A stretch of DNA of 64,000 nucleotides from a bacterium. GTDB lineage: Bacteria; Patescibacteriota; UBA1384; JBDRDK01. The stretch spans positions 82 through 64,081 of the forward strand of contig JBDRDK010000062.1 in NCBI GenBank assembly GCA_043820855.1, written 5' to 3'. The notes under the pieces were generated by a model. It searched no databases. It saw only the letters and a list, made by a program, of their open reading frames with translations, and had not been told where the DNA came from. Position 1 is the stretch's first letter; every line of letters starts with the position of its first letter. Of the stretch, positions 57,299 through 64,000 are shown in pieces. Both the position numbers and the translations under genes were made by a program.

Positions 57299-58555
57299 AT
57301 GTTAGACATTAAATATATTCGTAAAAATCCGAAAAAGATAAAACAAGCAGCCGAACAAAAAAATATTCAAATAAATATCGATAGATTACTGTCAATTGAT
57401 AGGACTTGTATAAATTTACGCAAGGAAATTGAAGATTTAAGGTCTGAACAAAATAAATACAAGAAAAAGCCATCAAAAACAGAACTTGTAAAATTAAAAA
57501 AAATAGCTATTAAAGTTAACCAGCAACAGAAAAAATTACGGGAATTACAAAAAGAGATGACAGAATTGATGTTACTTGTGCCTAATATTCCTGATTCCAA
57601 GGCTCCAGTAGGAGCTGATCAACGATCAAATCAATTAGTTAAGACCTGGGGTAATCCCATAAGATTTAGTTTTAAACCAAAATCTCACATTGATTTAGGG
57701 CTAAAGCTAGATATAGTTGACTTTGTGCGAGGAGTTAAAATAGGGGGATTTAGAAGTTATTTCTTAAAAAATGAGGGTGCTTTACTGGATTTAGCAATAA
57801 CTAGATACGCAATAGATTTTATGATTGCAAGAGGATTTACAATTATGGCTCCACCGATTATTAATTTACAAAAATACTTTTACGGCACAGGTTTTTTGCC
57901 ATGGTTCAAAGAAGAAATTTTTGAATTATCAAAGCAAAAAGATCAAGCTTTAATTGGTACAAGTGAAGTTCCTCTGGTTTCCTACTATGCTGAGGAAGTA
58001 CTAAGTATTGATGATTTACCAGTAAAATTAGCTGGATATTCTCCGTGTTTCAGAACTGAAATCGGTAGTTACGGAAAAGAAACCAAGGGTCTGTATCGGG
58101 TTCGACAGTTTAACAAAGTTGAACAGGTGGTATTGTGTAAAAACGATTATAGTGAATCTATGCGTTGGTTGGAAGAAATCCAAAAAAACGCAGAAGATTT
58201 TATACAAAGTTTGGGTTTACCCTATAGAGTAATGGAGATGTGCACAGGAGAGATGGGCGTTTCTAAAGTTAAAATGTTTGATTTAGAAACTTGGATGCCG
58301 TCATTTAATCATTACCGTGAAACTCATTCAGCTTCCAATTTGGGGGATTTTCAATCCAGGCGTTTAAATATACGCTATAAAGATAAGGATCGAAAAATTC
58401 AATATGTGCATACCTTAAATAATACTGTTATAGCCACACCAAGAATATTAATTCCACTTCTTGAAAATCATCAACAGGGGGATGGGTCTGTTAGAATTCC
58501 CGAGGTTCTACATAAATATACTGGATTTAAGAGTATAGAGCCGAAGAGGAAATAG
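57299..58555 (+). CDS. serS: seryl-tRNA synthetase
   Basis: N-terminal coiled-coil arm and class II motifs (CFRTEIGSYGKETKGLYRVRQFNKVE, NNTVIATPRILIPLLE). AAAGGAG RBS. Confidence 0.95.
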   Translation: MLDIKYIRKNPKKIKQAAEQKNIQINIDRLLSIDRTCINLRKEIEDLRSEQNKYKKKPSKTELVKLKKIAIKVNQQQKKLRELQKEMTELMLLVPNIPDSKAPVGADQRSNQLVKTWGNPIRFSFKPKSHIDLGLKLDIVDFVRGVKIGGFRSYFLKNEGALLDLAITRYAIDFMIARGFTIMAPPIINLQKYFYGTGFLPWFKEEIFELSKQKDQALIGTSEVPLVSYYAEEVLSIDDLPVKLAGYSPCFRTEIGSYGKETKGLYRVRQFNKVEQVVLCKNDYSESMRWLEEIQKNAEDFIQSLGLPYRVMEMCTGEMGVSKVKMFDLETWMPSFNHYRETHSASNLGDFQSRRLNIRYKDKDRKIQYVHTLNNTVIATPRILIPLLENHQQGDGSVRIPEVLHKYTGFKSIEPKRK

Positions 58556-58790
58556 CAAATAGCTTATAGCAAATAGTAAATTTAGTTATTAGTGATTAGT
58601 TATTAAAATCCGGAAGTTAGAATATGGAATATTATTGTTCGAGTGAAGCAAAGCCCAATCAGACGAGGCGAAGCGGAATCGAGAACTGGTTGAAGAATAT
58701 TTCTCCATCACCCTTTGTTAAAACTTCGGAGTGACAAGCCAGATTTCATCTCCTTCGAAAGAGTTCAGGACGGGCCGAGTCGAAAAATAA
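58556..58790. repeat. composite spacer: an ATAGC/TTAGT low-complexity tract followed by GC-rich repeat words
   Basis: AAATAGCTTATAGCAAATAG, then TTAGTTATTAGTGATTAGTTATT, then TCACCCT...GAGTGA, then TTCGA-AAGAGTTCAGGACGGGCCGAG-TCGAA (58754-58786). That last unit is related to 57192-57226. Confidence 0.6.
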
Positions 58791-58848
58791 ATATATAATA
58801 ATTTTAAATTTTGAATTATCATTTAGATTTTTAAATTTGTGAGGTGGT

Positions 58849-59430
58849 ATGCAAATTGCTTTTAAGACAAAAAATTTTAAACTAACCAAGAAAACAAAAA
58901 AATACATACAAGGCAAACTACTTAAATACAATAAACAGATACCTGATAATAGTTATATTGAAATTAATTTGGAAGATATATACGGTCCTAGGGGAGGTAG
59001 AGACAAAAAAGTTCATCTGTCGGTAGATATTCCCGGTGAGGAATACATTTATTTAGAAGAGATAACTTCTGATGTATTTGCTTCCATTGATTTGGTTTTT
59101 AAGAAATTTAATCAAAAAATAAAAAAAGTCAGAGGCAAATTAATATCCAAAAAACGTAAACAAAGAATGAGTAAAACTTTTAATATGGTTGTTGGGTGGA
59201 TGCCAAAACAAAAAGTTTTTAAGATGCCGTTTCCTACAAGGAAACCAACAAAACCCAGAATTAATATAGAAACTCAAGAAATAACTGAAATTTTAGACGA
59301 TGAGGTTGCTGTGAAAAGATTCCGATCTGTACTCACACCTTTTTATTTATATCGAAACCGAAGCGATAAAAAGCTTAAAATAATCTATAGAGATAAAAAT
59401 AACGGATTTAAAGTAATTCAAATTAAATAA
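58849..59430 (+). CDS. hpf: ribosome hibernation promoting factor, long form
   Basis: S30AE N-domain (MQIAFKTKNFKLTKKTKKYIQGKL) and a C-terminal dimerisation domain (KRFRSVLTPFYLYRNRSDKKLKIIYRDKNNGFKVIQ). GAGGTGG RBS. It sits upstream of secA, as in Firmicutes. Confidence 0.85.
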   Translation: MQIAFKTKNFKLTKKTKKYIQGKLLKYNKQIPDNSYIEINLEDIYGPRGGRDKKVHLSVDIPGEEYIYLEEITSDVFASIDLVFKKFNQKIKKVRGKLISKKRKQRMSKTFNMVVGWMPKQKVFKMPFPTRKPTKPRINIETQEITEILDDEVAVKRFRSVLTPFYLYRNRSDKKLKIIYRDKNNGFKVIQIK

Positions 59431-59434
59431 ATAT

Positions 59435-62122
59435 ATGTTAAAATTTCTTGAAAAAATGCTGGGCGATCCAAATAAAAAAACTCTTGTAGCATTAGAGAAA
59501 ATCTCTGTACAAGTTTGTGATTTTGAATCTGAAATTACCAAACTATCCGATAGTGAGTTACAGCAAAAAACTAAAAAATTTCAAAAAGAGCTAGCTAGCG
59601 GAAAAAGCCAAGATGATATACTGCCAGAAGCTTATGCTACAGTGCGAGAAGCTGCAAAAAGAACTCTTGGTCAACGCGCTTTCAATACTCAGATAATTGG
59701 TGGAGTTGTATTGCATCAAGGAAAGATTGCGGAGATGAGAACCGGTGAAGGAAAAACTCTAGCAGCAACATTTCCAATTTATCTAAATGCTCTTTCAGGA
59801 AAAGGTGTGCATTTAGTTACAGTAAATGATTATTTGGCTAGAAGAGATGCTTCATGGATGGGGCAAGTATACGATTTTTTGGGCTTATCTGTTTCATGCA
59901 TCCAGCATGAAAAGGCTTTAATATATGACTCCAATCACAAAGATTCTGGCCATAAAGATGAAGGGTTGGTTCTTGATGTAGAAAATATGAGGTCATGTGA
60001 GCGCAAGCAGGCTTATGAGGCTGATATTACCTATGGCACAAATAATGAATTTGGTTTTGACTATCTGAGAGACAATATGGTGATCGACATAAAGGACAAA
60101 GTACAAAAACCACTATATTACGCCATAGTGGATGAGGTTGATAGTATATTGATTGATGAGGCTCGAACTCCCCTGATTATTTCTGCACCAGCTCAAGAGT
60201 CTACGGATAAATATAGGCAATTTGCAGTAGTAGCTAAAAAATTAGTTGAAAATGAAGATTATAATATCGATGAAAAAGATAAAACTGCGACATTAACTGA
60301 TAAAGGTATTACTGGGGTTGAACAATTATTAAAGATTAAAAATATATATGAAGAGGGTGGAGTTATATTGGTTCACCATTTAGAGGAAGCGCTAAAAGCA
60401 GAAACTCTTTTCAAGGAGGATAGAGATTATGTAGTTCGTGATGGTGAAATCGTGATTGTTGATCAATTCACGGGTAGATTGATGCCTGGCAGACGGTATA
60501 GTGAGGGTTTGCACCAAGCTATAGAAGCAAAAGAAGGAGTAAGTGTCAAAAGAGAGAGTGTAACCTTGGCTACCGTGTCTTTGCAGAATTATTTTCGATT
60601 GTATTCTAAGCTTAGTGGTATGACAGGTACAGCAGTTACTGAAGCAGAAGAATTTTATAAGATTTACGAATTAGAAGTCGTTGAAATTCCTACCAACAAA
60701 CCAATGGTTAGAAAAGATATGGCTGATAGGGTATATAAAAATGAACAAGCAAAATTTCAAGCTGTCGTGCAAGATATTTTGAAGCGTCAGAAATCTGGAC
60801 AACCCGTATTGGTTGGTACAGTTTCTATAGAAAAAAACGAAACCCTTTCCGCTATGTTTAAAAAAGCCGGCATCAAGCACGAAATATTAAATGCAAAAAA
60901 TAACGAACGGGAAGCAAAAATCATAGCTCAAGCTGGAAAATCCGGCACTATTACTCTGGCTACAAATATTGCTGGAAGGGGGGTTGATATTATTCTGGGT
61001 GGTCATCCGTACAACAAACAAAACGCTCAAAAAGTAATAGATACTGGTGGTTTGCATATATTGGGTACAGAGAGGCATGAGTCACGAAGAATCGATAATC
61101 AGCTTCGAGGTAGAAGTGGACGACAGGGTGATGCAGGCTCTTCTCAATTTTATGTTTCGATGAATGATGATTTGATGAGAATCTTTGGTGGTGACAGGAT
61201 GATGGCGATAATGAATACTCTGAAAATTCCCGAGGATCAACCTATAGAAAATAACCTAATTTCTAAATCAATTGAATCAGCTCAAACAAGAGTTGAGGGA
61301 CATAATTTTGATATACGCAAACACTTAGTTGAATACGATGATGTATTAAATAAACACCGCGATACCATATATCGTAAAAGAGAAAAAATTATAATTTCAG
61401 AAAATTTAAGAAAAGATATATTAGACCTTTTTAAAGAAGAAATTGATGAGTTGATCAATTTTCATGCCCAAGGCCCTTCCAGAGAATGGAATATCAAAGA
61501 GCTATCGGAAAATTATCACAGTTTTTGCGGGCAAAAGCTGAATGAAGCTAAATTGAAAACCTTAAATGATACAGATATTTTAAAAAATTATTTATACGAT
61601 AATATTAAAGCAGTTTATTCTGAAAGAGAACAAAAATTAGGTAAGGATAATTTAGCTAAAGTTGAGAAAATGGTTTACTTAAGAAGTATTGATTCTTTGT
61701 GGATAGAACACCTTACAGCACTTGATAATTTACGTACAGGTATCGGTCTTAGGGGTTATGCCCAGAAAGACCCTTTAGTAGAATATCGAGCAGAAGCTTT
61801 TCGAATGTTTAGACAGCTTCTGGATGCCATAAGAGAGCAGGTGTTACATCTAATACTAAAAGTAGAAATTCAAATTAATAATTCAAATATTAGAAATAAT
61901 CAAACGCAAAACACTGATAAACAAACTCAATCAAATTCAAATGTCACTAAACAACAAAACGATTTTAAAGCAGGGCAACAAACTGCAAGAATGATGCAAG
62001 CAGAAACTTCAAGAAGAACAACAACTGCATCAAACAAGGTTGGTCGCAACGATCCATGCCCATGCGGAGCGAAACATCCAGATGGACGTTCAATAAAATA
62101 CAAACATTGTCACGGCAAATAA
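59435..62122 (+). CDS. secA: preprotein translocase ATPase SecA
   Basis: MRTGEGKTL, DEVDSILIDEARTPLIIS and TNIAGRGVDI. The C-terminal zinc motif is CPCGAKHPDGRSIKYKHCHGK. Confidence 0.97.
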   Translation: MLKFLEKMLGDPNKKTLVALEKISVQVCDFESEITKLSDSELQQKTKKFQKELASGKSQDDILPEAYATVREAAKRTLGQRAFNTQIIGGVVLHQGKIAEMRTGEGKTLAATFPIYLNALSGKGVHLVTVNDYLARRDASWMGQVYDFLGLSVSCIQHEKALIYDSNHKDSGHKDEGLVLDVENMRSCERKQAYEADITYGTNNEFGFDYLRDNMVIDIKDKVQKPLYYAIVDEVDSILIDEARTPLIISAPAQESTDKYRQFAVVAKKLVENEDYNIDEKDKTATLTDKGITGVEQLLKIKNIYEEGGVILVHHLEEALKAETLFKEDRDYVVRDGEIVIVDQFTGRLMPGRRYSEGLHQAIEAKEGVSVKRESVTLATVSLQNYFRLYSKLSGMTGTAVTEAEEFYKIYELEVVEIPTNKPMVRKDMADRVYKNEQAKFQAVVQDILKRQKSGQPVLVGTVSIEKNETLSAMFKKAGIKHEILNAKNNEREAKIIAQAGKSGTITLATNIAGRGVDIILGGHPYNKQNAQKVIDTGGLHILGTERHESRRIDNQLRGRSGRQGDAGSSQFYVSMNDDLMRIFGGDRMMAIMNTLKIPEDQPIENNLISKSIESAQTRVEGHNFDIRKHLVEYDDVLNKHRDTIYRKREKIIISENLRKDILDLFKEEIDELINFHAQGPSREWNIKELSENYHSFCGQKLNEAKLKTLNDTDILKNYLYDNIKAVYSEREQKLGKDNLAKVEKMVYLRSIDSLWIEHLTALDNLRTGIGLRGYAQKDPLVEYRAEAFRMFRQLLDAIREQVLHLILKVEIQINNSNIRNNQTQNTDKQTQSNSNVTKQQNDFKAGQQTARMMQAETSRRTTTASNKVGRNDPCPCGAKHPDGRSIKYKHCHGK

Positions 62123-62131
62123 TTTTAATGA

Positions 62132-62236
62132 GTGACAAAGGTAAACGAAGTCCCGCGTAGCCCTATGTTGCTAAAGCTATACGGGGCGAAGTGGGATGGA
62201 AGTGGTAAGAAATATAAAAAATGCTGTGGGAAATAG
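62132..62236 (+). pseudogene. relic duplicate of the SecA C-terminal (SEC-C zinc-finger) tail, in the secA frame
   Basis: After TAA-TTT-TAA-TGA the same frame reads VTKVNEVPRSPMLLKLYGAKWDGSGKKYKKCCGK*. This is paralogous to the secA end NKVGRNDPCPCGAKHPDGRSIKYKHCHGK*. Confidence 0.6.
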
Positions 62237-62292
62237 TGATATAATGAAAATAAGCTCAAAGTTTAAATAATCTCGTCAGTTTAAATAATTCC

Positions 62293-62406
62293 GTCATTCT
62301 GGCTTGCCCAGAATCCGTTCGTAGATAGATTCTGGATACGCTTCGCTTACCAGAATGACGAAGGGAGATCCTGAACCGAGTTCAGGATGACGCAAGACGT
62401 CATTTT
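62293..62406. repeat. second copy of the nested GTCATTCTGG...CCAGAATGAC element plus two further GC hairpins
   Basis: Outer stem 62293-62302 / 62350-62359 with inner stem 62308-62314 / 62329-62335. Next come ATCCTGAA-CCGAG-TTCAGGAT (62368-62388) and ATGACG-CAAGA-CGTCAT followed by TTTT (62387-62406). Confidence 0.8.
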
Positions 62407-62419
62407 AAATTAATTTTCG

Positions 62420-63103
62420 ATGATAGAATTTTTAAACATAAATAAAACCTATATGGGTAGAATCCAAGCCCTAGCAGATATAAATTTACGGATTAATCGT
62501 GAAGAATTTGTGTGTTTGGTTGGAGCCAGCGGAGCTGGTAAATCAACTCTGGTACGGCTTTTGATATGCGAAGAAAAACCAGACAGAGGTGCGGTAATTA
62601 TCGGTGGGTATGATATTACTAAACTCAAACCACACGAAGTGCCTTTTTATAGACGTAAGATAGGTGTGGTATTTCAGGATTTTAAATTATTACTCAAAAA
62701 GACTGTATATGAAAATGTAGCTTTTGCTTTGGAAGTAGCCGGAATTCCAGATTCAGAAATAAGACGAAGAGTACCCAAGATATTAAAAATAGTAGGTTTG
62801 TCTCATAAGTCAAAAAATATTCCCGGAGAATTATCCGGAGGCGAGAAACAAAGAGTGGCAATTGCCAGAGGTCTTGTGCATAATCCGAAACTGCTAATTG
62901 CTGATGAGCCAACCGGAAATTTAGATCCCCAGAATGCCTGGGAAATTATGGAATTACTTCTGAAAATTAATCGTTTAGGTACTATAGTTGTAATGGCGAC
63001 CCACAATAAAGATATAGTTAATCGCTTGGGAAAAAGAGTAGTTACTTTTAAAAACGGTCGGATGGTTTCTGACCAAGCTAGAGGGAAGTATAAAGTGGTA
63101 TGA
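62420..63103 (+). CDS. ftsE: cell division ABC transporter ATP-binding protein FtsE
   Basis: GASGAGKST, LSGGEKQRVAIARGL and LLIADEPTGNLD. It is followed by ftsX, with an ATGA overlap. Confidence 0.93.
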   Translation: MIEFLNINKTYMGRIQALADINLRINREEFVCLVGASGAGKSTLVRLLICEEKPDRGAVIIGGYDITKLKPHEVPFYRRKIGVVFQDFKLLLKKTVYENVAFALEVAGIPDSEIRRRVPKILKIVGLSHKSKNIPGELSGGEKQRVAIARGLVHNPKLLIADEPTGNLDPQNAWEIMELLLKINRLGTIVVMATHNKDIVNRLGKRVVTFKNGRMVSDQARGKYKVV

Positions 63104-64000
63104 ATCTGACAACTTTACGAATATTCAAATGGGGTTTTATTAATTTTTGGCGAAATAGTCTTTTGTCTATTGCTGCTACTTTGGTTATGAGTTTGGCGCT
63201 TCTCACAGTAACTATATCAGTAATTATGAATTTGGTGATAAGCGCTACTGTTGATTCGATCAATCAAAAAATGGATTTAGTTATTTATTTTTCTGATGAG
63301 GTTAGTGGTGATGACTTATCTATACTTAAACTAGAAACCGAGAGTTTAGAGCATGTTGAGGGAGTCGATTATATTAGTAAAAACCAAGCTTTGGAAAAAT
63401 TGCAATCTTTGGATATCGACAAACGTTTAAAGGATATTGCAACAGACGAGAATCGTTTGCCCAGGAGTTTTGAAATTACTATAGATGAACCTAGTAATAT
63501 GCAAGAGGTAGCAGAGTTTTTTGATAAAGGTGAAACCAAAGATTGGGTAGAAGATACTAGCTTGAATAGAAATAAAACCAAGATTGAACGACTATCAAGA
63601 ATAACTAATTATATCCGAGTTGGTGGAATACTGTTTTCAGTCGTGTTTGTACTTATAGCAGTACTTATCGTATATAACACAATTCGACTGACCATATTTA
63701 CTAGAAGTGAAGAGATAGAAATTATGAAACTAGTGGGAGCAAGTATCCCATTTATACGCTGGCCATTAATAATTGAAGGTATGCTGTATGGAATACTTGC
63801 CACGATTTTCTCAACTGGTTTGATATATATATTATTTTATTTTGCTTCTCCAAGTTTTAGTAAATATTTTGGTTCAGAGATAGTAGCTCTTGATGGATCT
63901 CTCTTCGCTTTTTTTGTAAGCAAGCTCTGGATAATTATTTTACTTGAATTATTTGTCGGAGTACTAATTACTTCAGTTAGTAGTGCTCTGGCTATGAAAA
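63100..64000 (+). CDS. ftsX: cell division permease FtsX (3' end runs off the window)
   Basis: This gene is not in the ORF track because no stop is reached. I translated by hand from the ATG at 63100: MNLTTLRIFKWGFINFWRNSLLSIAAT...EIEIMKLVGASIPFIRWPLIIEG... The frame is open to base 64000. Confidence 0.88.
   Translation, partial: MNLTTLRIFKWGFINFWRNSLLSIAATLVMSLALLTVTISVIMNLVISATVDSINQKMDLVIYFSDEVSGDDLSILKLETESLEHVEGVDYISKNQALEKLQSLDIDKRLKDIATDENRLPRSFEITIDEPSNMQEVAEFFDKGETKDWVEDTSLNRNKTKIERLSRITNYIRVGGILFSVVFVLIAVLIVYNTIRLTIFTRSEEIEIMKLVGASIPFIRWPLIIEGMLYGILATIFSTGLIYILFYFASPSFSKYFGSEIVALDGSLFAFFVSKLWIIILLELFVGVLITSVSSALAMK

Noticed and set aside
62069-62086. The extra AKHPDGRSI segment inside the active SecA zinc finger as a hairpin-repeat insertion (TCCAGATGGA palindrome).
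   Set aside because: The palindrome is only 10 nt. The relic copy carries a homologous GAKWDG segment, so the segment predates the duplication. There is no clear match to the intergenic repeat words.
62126-62131. Stop-codon readthrough or UGA recoding (code 25/4) that would join secA to the downstream relic tail.
   Set aside because: Three stops (TAA, TAA, TGA) intervene. TGA also terminates ftsE, yjbQ and the 2-hydroxyacid dehydrogenase at the positions expected from homology, which supports the standard code.

Overview
AT-rich (roughly one-third G+C by eye), gene-dense bacterial chromosome segment made up almost entirely of housekeeping genes. I call about 57 CDS, one RNase P RNA (minus strand, 8967-9338) and one tRNA-Gln(UUG) (9471-9544). 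The combination of small proteins, many membrane-anchored hypotheticals, a DUF4012/Wzz/WbaP envelope cluster, a class I LysRS and a stripped-down rpoBC-rpsLG block fits a reduced-genome Patescibacteria/CPR-like organism; this is inference only, because there is no rRNA in the window. The genetic code is standard: TGA ends ftsE, yjbQ and the 2-hydroxyacid dehydrogenase at the expected positions. Every gene from 11.7 kb to the end of the window lies on the + strand. Main blocks:
- comM; infC-rpmI-rplT (minus strand); bactofilin; uvrA; rnpB; tRNA-Gln
- A small compositionally atypical XRE-regulator locus
- A tightly overlapped 5-gene operon: 2-HADH, wHTH, YjbQ, beta-CASP, HD
- A polysaccharide cluster
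- gyrB, a small membrane ORF, gyrA; infB; a cdaA remnant, cdaR and a HEAT-repeat gene; a LysM-M23 peptidase
- rpoB-rpoC-rpsL-rpsG; mltG-mreBCD-mrdA; a NagB/PIG-L fusion; greA; class I lysK; serS; hpf-secA; ftsEX

I found no CRISPR array, transposase, integrase, phage gene, reverse transcriptase or recognisable defence system, and I cannot point to a convincing new multi-gene system. The signals not explained by ordinary annotation are:
1. A mosaic family of GC-rich hairpin repeat modules that fills nearly every long intergenic spacer. One copy is flanked by an 11-bp direct duplication.
2. A duplicated, in-frame relic of the SecA zinc-finger tail downstream of the secA stop, with a repeat module sitting where its CPC codons should be.
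3. A CdaA that keeps only its transmembrane module (no diadenylate cyclase domain) but is still coupled to cdaR.
4. A NagB plus tandem PIG-L fusion protein.
5. A GC-elevated XRE gene with a near-perfect promoter.
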